Assembly: GCA_963720755.1 (NCBI GenBank) | Contig: CAVRGP010000008.1 | Coordinates: forward strand, 40,721 to 104,720 | Length of the DNA stretch: 64,000 bases | Origin: an uncultured Chloroflexia bacterium | GTDB lineage: Bacteria > Chloroflexota > Limnocylindria > Limnocylindrales > CSP1-4 | Direction of reading: 5' to 3' | Shown: positions 40,182 through 50,471 of the stretch, piece by piece | Layout: each line of letters opens with the position of its first letter | How positions within the stretch are numbered: position 1 is the stretch's first letter | Made by a program: the position numbers and the translations under genes | The notes under the pieces: model-generated | What the model saw: the letters and a program-made list of their open reading frames with translations, nothing else | Databases searched by the model: none | Told to the model about the DNA's origin: nothing

Positions 40182-40596
40182 CCGACGCCTGCCACTCCAC
40201 CTCGCGGTCCTCCTCGGGACGTCGACGGCTGCCTACGCCGTGAGCCTGGCCGGCGTCACGGCCCTCCAGTCGGGAGCGGATCAGGCGGTCATCGCCCGTC
40301 AGGCACCGGCGGAGCAGGCGGCCGCTCGACTCGGCGCTGGACACGATCAGCTCCAGTCCGATCTCGAGCGGACGGCCCAGGCATTCCAGGTCGCGGCGGC
40401 TCGGTACGACGCGATCGCTGCCGATCTCTCGACCCTCGAGGCGGCCCTTGCCAACCATGCCGAGCAGATGGCCAAGGTGAGCGGGGCAGCTCGTGCCCTG
40501 CCCAAGCGCGTCTCGTTGCCAAGCGTGACCCGCGTGGTCACGACCACCGTTTCGAAGCCGCGCGTGAGCGCGTCCACGGGTGCATCGGGCGGCTGA
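40174..40596 (+). CDS. Membrane-anchored coiled-coil protein with C-terminal TGAS motif (candidate ApbE substrate)
   Basis: N-terminal hydrophobic helix, coiled coil, ends SASTGASGG. Confidence 0.72.
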   Translation: MTDRRLPLHLAVLLGTSTAAYAVSLAGVTALQSGADQAVIARQAPAEQAAARLGAGHDQLQSDLERTAQAFQVAAARYDAIAADLSTLEAALANHAEQMAKVSGAARALPKRVSLPSVTRVVTTTVSKPRVSASTGASGG

Positions 40597-40608
40597 CGGT
40601 CGAGGGGT

Positions 40609-41629
40609 CGTGGCCGACCCGACGATCGAACGGGGCGGGTCGGGCGAGCCATCGCCGTTCGAGGGTCGGGCCATGGGTTCGCCGCTGCGGCTGACCCTCG
40701 GGGGCTCGCGCGACGACCGGCCGGCGAGCGCGCCATCGAGCGCCTGGGTTGCCGTCGTCCGATCGTTCGAGGTCTCGGAGCAGGCGATGTCGCGGTTCCG
40801 TGACACGAGCGAACTGACGTCCCTCAATCGCGCGGCCGGCAGCGGGGTGGCACGACAGGTCTCCGGCCGTCTCCGACGAGCGCTCGTTGCAGCGGATCGG
40901 GCGTACCGGACCAGCGGTGGCCGGTTCGATCCGCGGGTCCTGGTGGATCTCGACCGACTCGGCTATCGCGGCGCGGCCATCGGGCCCCACGACGAACCCG
41001 AGTCGTCGCCGGGGCCGCCTGGGCATGACCCCCGTCCGATCGTCGGTCGAGTCGGGCGAGACCTGGTGTGCCTCACTCGGCCGGTCGATCTCGGCGGAAT
41101 CGGCAAGGGTCTGGCGTTGCGCTGGGCGGCAGCGGAGCTCGTCGAGCGTGGGACGACCGCGTTCCTGCTGGAAGCCGGCGGCGATCTCGTCGCCAAGGGG
41201 TCCGATCCGACCGGAGAGCCGTGGATGATCGGCGTAGAGGATCCGACCGAACGGACCGATCACCTGGCGGTGATCGCCGTGGAGGACGGCGCGGTCGCGA
41301 CATCGTCCGTGCGCGTCCATCGCTGGACCGTCGACGATCGGACCGTGCACCACCTCATCGATCCTTCCACCGGCGACCCAGCCCAGGTTGGACTGCTCGC
41401 CGTGACCGTCGCCGGCCCGGATCCGGCCTGGGCCGAGATCTGGTCCAAGGTGCTGTTCGTCGGCGGTCACGACGCCATCGCCGCTGAAGCACGAGCGCGG
41501 GGGCTGGCTGCCTGGTGGGTCACCGACGACGGAACACTCGAGATGACGGCCCACGCCCGCGCCCGCACAGCGTGGGTCGCCGCGGAGGACGGCGCGAGTC
41601 GGATCCCGGCGAACCTCGGATCCAGCTAG
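40609..41629 (+). CDS. apbE: FAD:protein FMN transferase
   Basis: AMGS, SRFRDTSEL, DLGGIGKG, AGGD, VATSS, HHLIDP; start uncertain. Confidence 0.92.
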
Positions 41630-42561
41630 GCGCGGCCTCGAGCCTGACGCCGCTCCGCCGCGTCCAGTTCGGCGAGCGTCGGCATGCCCTCGCGTGCGCC
41701 GGCGCGGGTGACCGCGATCGACGCGGCCAGCACCGCCCGACCGACCGCCTCCATGAGGTCGCTGCCGGCAGCGAGCCCCGCGGCCAGGGCCCCATTGAGC
41801 GTGTCGCCGGCACCCACGCTGTCGACCGCGGCGACCCGGGCCGGCTTGAACGCGCGAGTTCGCCGCCCAGCGAGCAGGAAGACTCCCTTCGGGCCGAGGC
41901 TGACGCAGACCGCCCGAGCCCCGGGGTTCGGGCCGACCAGTCGCTTGGCGCGCGCCGACACGGACCCCGATGCACCGGCGATGATCGCCAGTTCACCCTC
42001 GTTCGGCGTCAGGATGTCGGCGAGCGCCAGGGTCGGTGCCTCCAGGCCCCCCGCCGGGGCCGGGTTGAGGATGGTCGTGGCGCCGGCCAGCCGAGCCAGC
42101 CGAAGCGCCTCGTGGGTGGCGCCTGTCCGGATCTCGTGTCCGACCAGGACGACATCGCCGGCCGTGAGCTCGAGGCGCTTCATGGCTGCCCGGACCTGGA
42201 CCGAGGTGAGGGCGGCATTGGCTCCGCCCGCGACGGCGATGCTGTTTTCACCCGCGGTGTCCACGACGATGAGGGCGACGCCGGTCGGTTCTGACGGGTG
42301 TGTCACCAACCCGTCGACATCGACACCTTCCGCCACGAGCGCTGCCCGCGCCTCGACCCCGAACGCGTCGTCGCCCACCGCGCCGACGAAGCTGGTCCTG
42401 GCCCCGAGTCGCGCAGCGGCGACAGCCTGGTTGCCACCCTTCCCGCCATGGTGACGGGCGAACCGGCCTCCGACGACGGTCTCGCCCGGGGCCGGGAGGT
42501 ACTCCGTCGTGACGACGAGATCGACGTTGACCGATCCGACGACGATGACCCGGCCGCTCAC
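41626..42561 (-). CDS. rbsK: Ribokinase
   Basis: GSVNVD, GGKGGNQA, NPAPA, DSVGAGD. Confidence 0.9.
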   Translation of the reverse strand: MSGRVIVVGSVNVDLVVTTEYLPAPGETVVGGRFARHHGGKGGNQAVAAARLGARTSFVGAVGDDAFGVEARAALVAEGVDVDGLVTHPSEPTGVALIVVDTAGENSIAVAGGANAALTSVQVRAAMKRLELTAGDVVLVGHEIRTGATHEALRLARLAGATTILNPAPAGGLEAPTLALADILTPNEGELAIIAGASGSVSARAKRLVGPNPGARAVCVSLGPKGVFLLAGRRTRAFKPARVAAVDSVGAGDTLNGALAAGLAAGSDLMEAVGRAVLAASIAVTRAGAREGMPTLAELDAAERRQARGRA

Positions 42562-42567
42562 CGTGGT

Positions 42568-43389
42568 CTACGAGCCCGTGATGAATTCGCCGCCGTCGAC
42601 GCTGATGATGTCGCCGTTGATGAACTCGGTCCCGTCGCCGGACAGGGTCAGGATCGCGTCGGCCACGTCCTGCGGCGTGGTCATCCGCCCGGTCGGGTTC
42701 CGCTTCATCGTGATGTCGATCATCGTCTGGGATTCCGGGATCTTCAGCAGGGCCGGGGTGATCGTGACGCCGGCCCGGATGCAGTTGGCCGTTGCCCCCG
42801 TGTCGTGCCGGGCGAGCTCCATCGCCAGCTGGCGCACATGCGACTCGAGGGCCGCCTTCGCGGATGAGACGACACCGTAGGAGGGGACGACCCGGGTGGA
42901 GCCCTCGGAGGTCATCGCGTAGATCTTCGTTCCACGCCCGAGGAACCCACCGCGCCACAGATCCTGGACCCAGTAGACGAGGCTGTTGGCCATCACGTCC
43001 TGGGTCATCTCCATCTTCTTGCGATCGACCGCTCCCTTCGGGTCCTCGCTCAGGTATGGCACGAGCGAGCCGAAAGCGAGCGAGTGCATGACGACCCGGA
43101 CATACGGTTCGCGACCGTCCGCCCGGGAACGCTCGAACCGCTCACCGAGCGTCGCGAGTGCGGACGCCCGCTTCTCGTCGTCGGCCGCGTTCATGTTGAT
43201 GTACAGGGCCTCGACCCCGGCCGCCTCGATGGCCTCCTTGACCTCCCCGACATGCGCGAGGGCCGCCCGGAAGTCGAGGTGGATCCCGCAGATGTTGTAG
43301 CCGGCCTTCGCGAGCGTGATGGCGGTCGCCTCGCCCATCCCGGACGAGCCCCCCAGGATCAGCGCCCAGCGCTCGCGATCGTCGGTCAT
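42568..43389 (-). CDS. SDR oxidoreductase, enoyl-ACP reductase (FabL/FabI-like)
   Basis: GGSSGMG, YGVVSSAKAALE (Yx6K), TPAL. Confidence 0.8.
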   Translation of the reverse strand: MTDDRERWALILGGSSGMGEATAITLAKAGYNICGIHLDFRAALAHVGEVKEAIEAAGVEALYINMNAADDEKRASALATLGERFERSRADGREPYVRVVMHSLAFGSLVPYLSEDPKGAVDRKKMEMTQDVMANSLVYWVQDLWRGGFLGRGTKIYAMTSEGSTRVVPSYGVVSSAKAALESHVRQLAMELARHDTGATANCIRAGVTITPALLKIPESQTMIDITMKRNPTGRMTTPQDVADAILTLSGDGTEFINGDIISVDGGEFITGS

Positions 43390-43489
43390 TCGGGTGTCTC
43401 CTCGATGGTGGGGGTCGTTCGACCGAGTCTAGCAGCGGGCTCGCCGGCCCTTGCCCCTGGTCCATGCATCGATGCACCGCAGATCGTGC

Positions 43490-43533
43490 TTGACGAACAC
43501 GGCCGATGGACTATATTTTGGTAGTTCCCTAAT
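43490..43533 (+). promoter_or_regulatory. Sigma70 promoter overlapping an ArsR/SdpR-type operator
   Basis: TTGACG-N16-TATATT, then the imperfect palindrome ATTTTGGTAGTTCCCTAAT. Confidence 0.5.
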
Positions 43534-43557
43534 GAGGGGGTAAGCGAAATCAACCGC

Positions 43558-43821
43558 GTGTATCGAGCCCTGGCGGACCCCACCCGGCGTCGGGTCCTGT
43601 CGCTCCTGCGGGAGCGCGACATGACCGCCGGCGAACTCGCCGCGCAGTTCGACCTGGCCTGGCCGACGATGTCCGGCCATTTCAGCGTGCTCCGCGAAGC
43701 CGACCTGATCGCGGCCGACAAGGTCGGCACGACGATCACTTATCACCTCAACCTGTCCGTCCTGGAGGAAGCGATGTCCGCGCTCCTTGACGCATTCCGG
43801 ATCCAGCCCAAGGAGTCGTGA
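43558..43821 (+). CDS. ArsR family autorepressor, SdpR-like
   Basis: ALADPTRR, SGHFSVL, YHLNLSVLEE. Confidence 0.9.
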   Translation: MYRALADPTRRRVLSLLRERDMTAGELAAQFDLAWPTMSGHFSVLREADLIAADKVGTTITYHLNLSVLEEAMSALLDAFRIQPKES

Positions 43822-44489
43822 TGGATCGCCGTCGCCTGGTCATCTTCAGCGCCGTCGTCATCGGCGCGATGCTGTTGCTCAGCACGTGGGCCTGGCTGAG
43901 TCTGCCGGCCGACGCCCAGGTCCCCATCCATTGGGGCGTGGACGGCCAGGCGAATGGCTTCGCAAACAAGACGCTCGGGCTCTTCCTGGTGCCGCTGATC
44001 ACGATCGGTCTGGCTGCCCTGATGTGGGTCATCCCCGTGATCGAGCCCCGCCGCGCCAACTTCGAGAAGTCCGGCAAGGCGTATGCGGCGATCTGGGTCG
44101 GGCTGATCCTGTTGATGGCGGTGATCGAGGTCGTGACCGTGGCGGCCGCGATGGGACTTGCCTTCGACGTTTCCGCGCTCGTGTTCGCCGGAACCGGCAT
44201 CCTGTTCGTCGTGATCGGCAACTACCTGCCCAAGATCCGATCGAATTACCTGATGGGGATCCGGACCCCGTGGACGCTGACGAGTGACCTGTCGTGGACG
44301 AAGACCCACCGGTTGGGCGGCCGGTTGTTCGTCATCGGGGGGATCGCATTCATCGTGCTGGCGCTCGTCCGACCCGCGCCCGGGGTCCTGTTCGCCCTGC
44401 TGATGGGTGGCATGATCCTGCTGGTCGTCGTCCTGTTCGCGTACTCGTACCAGGTCTGGAAGACCGATCCGGACCGTCGTGAATCGTGA
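43818..44489 (+). CDS. sdpI: SdpI family immunity membrane protein
   Basis: VPIHW, GNYLPK, GIRTPWTL, WTKTHR. Confidence 0.9.
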   Translation: MMDRRRLVIFSAVVIGAMLLLSTWAWLSLPADAQVPIHWGVDGQANGFANKTLGLFLVPLITIGLAALMWVIPVIEPRRANFEKSGKAYAAIWVGLILLMAVIEVVTVAAAMGLAFDVSALVFAGTGILFVVIGNYLPKIRSNYLMGIRTPWTLTSDLSWTKTHRLGGRLFVIGGIAFIVLALVRPAPGVLFALLMGGMILLVVVLFAYSYQVWKTDPDRRES

Positions 44490-44501
44490 GGTACTGGCCA
44501 A

Positions 44502-44696
44502 TTGAATGAGATCTTGCTCCTCGTCCTGCCGATCCTCATCATCGAGATCGGCTTGATCATCTTCGCCCTGCGCGACCTGCTCCGCCCGGAACGGCGCGTC
44601 CGCGGCGACAGCAAGCTCATGTGGGGGATCATCGTCGTCCTGTTCGGGTTCATCGGGCCGATCGTGTACTTCATCGTCGGGCGGGAGCCGGAGTGA
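44502..44696 (+). CDS. PLDc_N-type small membrane protein
   Basis: K.MW.IIV...IGPIVYF..GR. Confidence 0.8.
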   Translation: MNEILLLVLPILIIEIGLIIFALRDLLRPERRVRGDSKLMWGIIVVLFGFIGPIVYFIVGREPE

Positions 44697-45706
44697 CCGC
44701 ACCTGGCCCGGCCCCCGCGGATGCAAGGCAGTCTTCGCCGGTCGGCGTCGCCTGTCGCGGCCTGACCAAACGGTTCGGCGGCGCCCGGGGCGTGCTTGCG
44801 GTCGATGGCCTCGACCTGGATGTGCCGGCCGGATCCGTGTTCGGTCTCCTCGGGCCGAACGGCGCGGGCAAGACCACGACGCTTCGGCTGATCACCGGGC
44901 TGGCCCGCCCGACCGGCGGGAGCGTCAGCATCGATGACCGCCCCGTCGCTTCGGATGGGTCTGCGGCGCGTCGCGGGATCGGGGTCCTCGACCAGGATCC
45001 GCGCTACTACGGGTGGATGACCGGACAGGAGCTGGTCGAGTTGGCCGGCCGGCTGCAGGGCCTGTCGAATGCGGACGCGCGCGCTCGGGCACGATCCACC
45101 CTGGAGGTCGTCGGGCTGGCCGACGCGGCCCGGCGACGGGTGTCGGGCTACTCGGGCGGTATGCGCCAGCGTCTCGGGATCGCCCAGGCCCTCGTGGCCG
45201 GGCCACGGCTGCTCATCCTCGACGAACCGGTGAGCGCGCTCGACCCGGAAGGCCGCCGCGACCTCCTGGCCCTCATCGCGGAGCTGCGGGAGAGCGCGAC
45301 CGTCATCTTCTCGACCCATGTCCTCGCCGACGTCGAACGGATCTGCGACCGGGTCGGGATCATGGATCGAGGGCGGCTGGTGACGGAGGCACCGCTCCAG
45401 GAGCTTCTCGCACGATACGCCCAACCCGTCTACACGATCGAGGCAGAACCGGGTCAGCATGACCTCGTCACGGCGCTCGTCGCGACATTGCGAGCGACAC
45501 CCTGGGTCCACGCGGTGGAGCGGAACGAACAGCTCGATCGATTGACCGTGTCGGTGACCGATGAGTCGGCCGCATCGGCCGGGCTGCTGCCGCTGGTGGC
45601 GGCAGCGATGGTCCGGGTGATGGTCTTCGAACGGGCTCGCCCGACCCTCGAGGACGTGTTTCTCCGTCTCGTCGGCCGGGATCCGCCAGAAGGAGCGGCG
45701 GCATGA
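44693..45706 (+). CDS. ABC-2 exporter ATPase
   Basis: GPNGAGKTT, YSGGMRQR, LDEP. Confidence 0.93.
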   Translation: MTAPGPAPADARQSSPVGVACRGLTKRFGGARGVLAVDGLDLDVPAGSVFGLLGPNGAGKTTTLRLITGLARPTGGSVSIDDRPVASDGSAARRGIGVLDQDPRYYGWMTGQELVELAGRLQGLSNADARARARSTLEVVGLADAARRRVSGYSGGMRQRLGIAQALVAGPRLLILDEPVSALDPEGRRDLLALIAELRESATVIFSTHVLADVERICDRVGIMDRGRLVTEAPLQELLARYAQPVYTIEAEPGQHDLVTALVATLRATPWVHAVERNEQLDRLTVSVTDESAASAGLLPLVAAAMVRVMVFERARPTLEDVFLRLVGRDPPEGAAA

Positions 45707-46473
45707 GCGGGATGACGACCCTCGTCCGCAAGGAGTGGCTGGAGTCGTGGCGAACCTATCGACTGCCGGTCGTGGCCGCCCTGTTCCTCATCGTCGGACT
45801 CACCTCGCCGCTCCTCGCCAAGTACCTCCCGGAGATCGTCAAGGCTGCCGGCGGCGATCAGCTCGGCAGTGTCGACATCCCGACCCCGGTCCCGGCCGAC
45901 GCGGTGCTCCAGCTGTGGAAGAACCTGGGGCAGTTCGGCGCGTTCGCCGCGATCATCCTGGCGATGGGGGCGGTCGCGACGGAACGTGACCGCGGGACGG
46001 CGGCGTTCATCCTGTCCAAGACGGTCTCGCGGGGCAGCTTCCTCGCGGCCAAGGTCGTCGCCCTGGGCACGGTGCTCGTCGTCGCCGTCGTCCTCGCCGT
46101 GGTCGTCGCCTGGATCTACACCGCGGTCCTGTTCGAGCCCCAGCCGATCGGTGGCTGGGTCGGACTGGCCATCCTTGCCTGGTTGAGCCTCGCGGCCTGG
46201 GCGGCGGTGACGTTCCTCGGGAGCACGGTGACCGGTTCGGCCGCCGCGGCAGCGGGGATCGGGTTCCTGGGGTTCATCGTCATCTCGATCGTGTCCGCGA
46301 TCCCGAACGTCGGCCGCTTCACCCCGGGCGGATTGACCGATCCTGCCATCGCCATGGCGACCGGGGCACCGGTCGATGCCGGCGACATCGCCTCGTCCGT
46401 CGGCGCCACGATCGTCCTGATCGTGGCGTGCCTGGCGGCTGCCGCATGGTCATTCCGCCGTCAGGAGCTGTGA
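45703..46473 (+). CDS. ABC-2 exporter permease
   Basis: KEWLE, ERDRGT, six TMs. Confidence 0.9.
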   Translation: MSGMTTLVRKEWLESWRTYRLPVVAALFLIVGLTSPLLAKYLPEIVKAAGGDQLGSVDIPTPVPADAVLQLWKNLGQFGAFAAIILAMGAVATERDRGTAAFILSKTVSRGSFLAAKVVALGTVLVVAVVLAVVVAWIYTAVLFEPQPIGGWVGLAILAWLSLAAWAAVTFLGSTVTGSAAAAAGIGFLGFIVISIVSAIPNVGRFTPGGLTDPAIAMATGAPVDAGDIASSVGATIVLIVACLAAAAWSFRRQEL

Positions 46474-46485
46474 CGCCGGAGCGGG

Positions 46486-47727
46486 TCAGATGATCCGATC
46501 TGCTCGTAGGGCGCGCACCTCATCCGCCGTGTAGCCGAGTCCCGCAAGGACCGCGTCGGTGTCCTGACCCAGGGTCGGTGGCGGCGTGCGGATCGAACCT
46601 GGCGTCCGGGACAGGCGGAGCGGGATCCCGACCTGACGGATGACTCCCCACGCGGGATGGTCGTGTTCGACGATCATCCCGAGCGCCCGGGCCTCGGGCG
46701 TCTCGAACGCGGCGACGACATCGTTGATCGGGCCGCACGGGATCTCGGCGCCGTCGAGCGCGGCAAGCCACGAGGCCGTCGACGCCGTGGCGAACCGTTC
46801 GGCCAGGATCGGTCGAAGGACGGACCGACGCTCCACCCGGTCCCCGTTGGACCCGAAACGCGGATCCGTGGCGAGGTCGGGGACGCCGAGGGCGGCGCAG
46901 AAGCGGGGCCACTGGCGCTCCGACCCGACCGCGATCGCGATGGCTCCGTCCGATGTCGCGAACGTCTCGTACGGAACGATGTTCGGATGAGCGTTGCCCA
47001 GCCGACCGGGCGCCGTGCCGGTGACGAAGGCGTTCTGTGCCTGGTTGACGAGCACGGCGAGGGTCGCGCCGAGGAGCGACACGTCGATCCGCTGGCCACG
47101 GCCGGACGTGGGCCCGTCGGCTCGCTCGCGTCCGAGGAGAGCGGCCAGGATCCCGATCGCGCCGAACATCCCCGACACGACGTCGCTGATCGCGACGCCG
47201 ACTTTGGTGGGACCGCCGCCCTCGCTGTCCGGGGTACCGGTGATGGACATCAGGCCGCTCATGGCCTGGACGACGAAGTCGTAGCCGGGGCGATCGGCCC
47301 CGGGACCGGTCGTCCCGTACCCGGAGATCGCCAGGTGGACGAGGTTCGGGTTCAACCGGCGAATGGACTCGTCGTCGAAGCCCAACCGCGCGAAGCCACC
47401 GACCCGGAAGTTCTCGACCAGGACATCGCCCGACCCGATGAGACGCCGGAGCACGTCCGCACCGGCCGGGGTCTTGAGGTCGAGCCGGATGCCGCGCTTG
47501 TTCCGGTTCACCGCCAGGAAGTAGGCGGCCGTCCTCGGCCCAGCGGTGCCGGGGCCGACCCAGGGCGGACCCCAGCCACGAGTCGCGTCGCCGCCCGGTG
47601 GCTCGACCTTGATGACCTCCGCACCGAGATCGCCAAGGAGCATCGTGCAGTACGGCCCAGCCAGCACCGTCGAGGCATCGATGACGCGGAAGCCGGTCAG
47701 TGGCCCACCGGCGGGTCGATCGTCCAT
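46486..47727 (-). CDS. CaiB/BaiF class III CoA-transferase
   Basis: LAGPYC, DLGAEVIKVE, NRNKR, ENFR, GYD. Confidence 0.93.
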   Translation of the reverse strand: MDDRPAGGPLTGFRVIDASTVLAGPYCTMLLGDLGAEVIKVEPPGGDATRGWGPPWVGPGTAGPRTAAYFLAVNRNKRGIRLDLKTPAGADVLRRLIGSGDVLVENFRVGGFARLGFDDESIRRLNPNLVHLAISGYGTTGPGADRPGYDFVVQAMSGLMSITGTPDSEGGGPTKVGVAISDVVSGMFGAIGILAALLGRERADGPTSGRGQRIDVSLLGATLAVLVNQAQNAFVTGTAPGRLGNAHPNIVPYETFATSDGAIAIAVGSERQWPRFCAALGVPDLATDPRFGSNGDRVERRSVLRPILAERFATASTASWLAALDGAEIPCGPINDVVAAFETPEARALGMIVEHDHPAWGVIRQVGIPLRLSRTPGSIRTPPPTLGQDTDAVLAGLGYTADEVRALRADRII

Positions 47728-47789
47728 CGCGCCCGATGGTAGCGGGGTGGCTCGGCTACCGGATGGGCGGGGTGCGTTAGCATCGGCCG

Positions 47790-48713
47790 ATGACCGATCC
47801 GACTGCGGGCCATCGCCCGACCCTGATGACCGTCCATGCCCACCCAGACGACGAAACGATCGGGACTGGCGGGGTGATGGCAAAAGCCGTGGCGGACGGA
47901 CGCAGAGTCGTGCTCATCACCTGCACCCGCGGGGAGATGGGCGAGATCGTCGTCCCCGAGATGGACACGCCCGACAACCACCGACGGCTGGGAGAGCTGC
48001 GGGCCGGGGAGCTCGAGCGAGCCATGGGCCGGCTGGGCGTGACCGAGTGGGAGAACCTCGGGTACCACGACTCGGACATGATGGGCCGAGCCGGGAACCG
48101 GGATCCACGCGCGTTCTGGAACGCCGACCTCGACGAGGCGACCGGCCGGCTGGTCTGGTTCGTCCGCCGGTATCAGCCCGACGTGATGACGACCTACAAC
48201 GACTTCGGCGGCTACGGCCACCCCGACCACATCCGGAGCCACGACGTCGCGGTCCGCGCGTTCGACCGAGCGGGGGATCCCGCCTGGTACCCGGAGCAGC
48301 TGGAAGCCGACGACGTCGAGCTGTGGACCCCGTCGAAACTCTATGAGCAGGCCATCCCGGCATCCGTCCGCGACAAGATGGAGACGCGGATGCGCGAGTC
48401 CGGTCGGCAGAGCTTCTGGTCACCCGCGGACGACGCCACACCGGAGCAGATCGCCGAGATGGAGGAGTTCGCCGCCAGGATGCTCGTCCCCGACGAGTCG
48501 ATCACGACCTGGATCGACGTCTCAGGGGCACCGCTCCAGGCAAAGTGGGATGCGATGCACGAGCATGTGACCCAGATCAGCGCCGACAGCCCGTTCATGA
48601 TGCTGGGCTTCGACGGCTGGCGCGAAGGCTGGGGCAACGAGGCCTATATCCTGCGTGAGTCACGGATCGGATCGAGCCTGCCCGAGACGGATCTGTTCGC
48701 GGGGATCGTCTAG
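47790..48713 (+). CDS. PIG-L family deacetylase/amidase (MshB/Mca-like)
   Basis: HAHPDDE, TRGEMGE, DSDM, GGYGHPDH, HVTQI. Confidence 0.9.
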   Translation: MTDPTAGHRPTLMTVHAHPDDETIGTGGVMAKAVADGRRVVLITCTRGEMGEIVVPEMDTPDNHRRLGELRAGELERAMGRLGVTEWENLGYHDSDMMGRAGNRDPRAFWNADLDEATGRLVWFVRRYQPDVMTTYNDFGGYGHPDHIRSHDVAVRAFDRAGDPAWYPEQLEADDVELWTPSKLYEQAIPASVRDKMETRMRESGRQSFWSPADDATPEQIAEMEEFAARMLVPDESITTWIDVSGAPLQAKWDAMHEHVTQISADSPFMMLGFDGWREGWGNEAYILRESRIGSSLPETDLFAGIV

Positions 48714-48734
48714 CGACCGGCTAGCCCGGGTCGC

Positions 48735-50399
48735 TCACCAGGGCAGCAACCCCTTCGAGGCCGTGAAGACCTGGCCCATGACGACCTTGCCGTCACCGGC
48801 CGGGTCGAGGAAGTTCGGCTGGGCCTTGTCGAGGATGATGTGCGGCCGGATGTGGATCTGGACGAGCTTCGTACCCCGGAAGGTGAGCTCGAGGGTGATG
48901 CCCTCCATCGTCGGCTCTGACCAGGTCTGGTCGAAGACGAGGTTCCCGAGCGCGTACCAGATCGGCTTGCCCTTGTAGATCTCCATCGCCGCCGCCCAGT
49001 GGGCGTGGTTGCCGATGACCATGTCGGCGCCGTTGTCGATGATCATCCGGGCGAGCTTCGTCTGCCGTGCGAACGGCGTCGGGTCGTACTCCGTGCCCCA
49101 GTGCGGATAGACGATGACGAGGTCCGCCCCGGCCTTTCGGGCGGCCGCCACGTCCACCTTGACGTTCCTGGCGGTCAGCGGAGCGCTCCCGACCTTGTCC
49201 GGAGTCGCGTGGTAGTAGCCGGCGATCGCGTCGTAGCCGAGGACAGCGACCTTGACCCCGCCTGCTTCCAGGATGGCCGGTCGGCGAGCAGCCGCCAGGT
49301 CCTTGCCGGCTCCCGATACCGCGATCCCGTGCTTCTTGACGTTCTTGATGGTCTGGAGGAGACCGGCGGCCCCGGCATCGCGGATGTGGTTGTTGGCGAG
49401 GGACAGGTAGTCGAAGCCCGCATCGGCGAGACCGCTGATGAGCGCGGGATCGGCCGAGAACACGGTTCCGGAGGTATGCCAGCTCGACTTGTTCGGGGCC
49501 GGGTTCTCGAAGTTGGCCATCGCGATGTCCGCGCTCGAGATGAGTGACCGGACGGCACCCGCGTCGCCCGTGCGCTGGGTCCGAGGGACGTCCCAGCCGA
49601 ATGCGGAACAGCAGACGCGCGCCGTGATCTCTGCCGTCCCGCCATCGAACGGGAAGTCCGCGCCTTTGCCGTTGACCTCCAGGGTCTGGTAGACGCCTCG
49701 ATCGAGCATGATGTCGCCGCCGGCGAACAGCGTCCACGTGGTTGCCGGATCGTAGGCATCGGCAGCCGCCGGCTCGGGCAACCGAGCGGTCAGGGGCCAG
49801 ACGCCGAGCTTCTTGACCCGATCGACCCCGAACAGGGCCTTATCGCCCCACGCGAGAGCGCGAACATCCGGACCGACCGCATCGGCGCGCAGGAAGGCGA
49901 GGCGCTTCCGGTTCTCGGCCAGGTCGGTCGCCAGCCTGGCCGCATCGCGGGCGACCACGAGGCGCGACGGATCGTCGGGACGAGCCAGGTCGAGCGCGCT
50001 GAGGATGGCGTCAGCCTCGCCCTTCACCAGTTCGAGCGCTGCATAGCGGCTGCTCGTCCCGGCCAGAACCGCGGCGACCTCCTTGCGGGTGGTCGACGTC
50101 GGCGTCGCCCGGAAGTTCGTCACCGGAACGATCGGAACGTCCGTGATCTGCGCTGCCGGCGCCTCGGTGGGGTCCGCTGAGGGCGGGTCGGCCGGCGGCG
50201 CCGGCGGAACTCCGTGGACGGAACCGGAAGGATTCGGCTCGCTCCCAAGCCCTCCGACGTCGGTGCTGGCGGCAGCGGCCATGCTCGGATCCGGCGTCGC
50301 CGGCGATCCACCTGCGAGACCGAGCGGGCCGACTGCGACAACGGCGATCAGGACCAGGAGCAGGACGCCGAGCAGGATCGGCATGGAGCGTCCGTTCAC
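48735..50399 (-). CDS. CapA (PGA_cap) family metallophosphatase-fold protein, membrane anchored
   Basis: GGDIML, NFE, LANNH, HWG.EY, GNHAH, LGNLVFDQ; start moved downstream of tRNA-Asp. Confidence 0.88.
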   Translation of the reverse strand: MNGRSMPILLGVLLLVLIAVVAVGPLGLAGGSPATPDPSMAAAASTDVGGLGSEPNPSGSVHGVPPAPPADPPSADPTEAPAAQITDVPIVPVTNFRATPTSTTRKEVAAVLAGTSSRYAALELVKGEADAILSALDLARPDDPSRLVVARDAARLATDLAENRKRLAFLRADAVGPDVRALAWGDKALFGVDRVKKLGVWPLTARLPEPAAADAYDPATTWTLFAGGDIMLDRGVYQTLEVNGKGADFPFDGGTAEITARVCCSAFGWDVPRTQRTGDAGAVRSLISSADIAMANFENPAPNKSSWHTSGTVFSADPALISGLADAGFDYLSLANNHIRDAGAAGLLQTIKNVKKHGIAVSGAGKDLAAARRPAILEAGGVKVAVLGYDAIAGYYHATPDKVGSAPLTARNVKVDVAAARKAGADLVIVYPHWGTEYDPTPFARQTKLARMIIDNGADMVIGNHAHWAAAMEIYKGKPIWYALGNLVFDQTWSEPTMEGITLELTFRGTKLVQIHIRPHIILDKAQPNFLDPAGDGKVVMGQVFTASKGLLPW

Positions 50400-50471
50400 G
50401 GGCGGGAGTCTGACAGAGTCCGGCCGGTTCGTCCGACGCGGACCGCCCGAGACCGAGGGCGGGCCGCGGGC

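Noticed and set aside
47790-48713. Evidence of mycothiol biosynthesis
   Set aside because: A PIG-L deacetylase alone is not diagnostic, and no mshA, mshC or mshD is in the window
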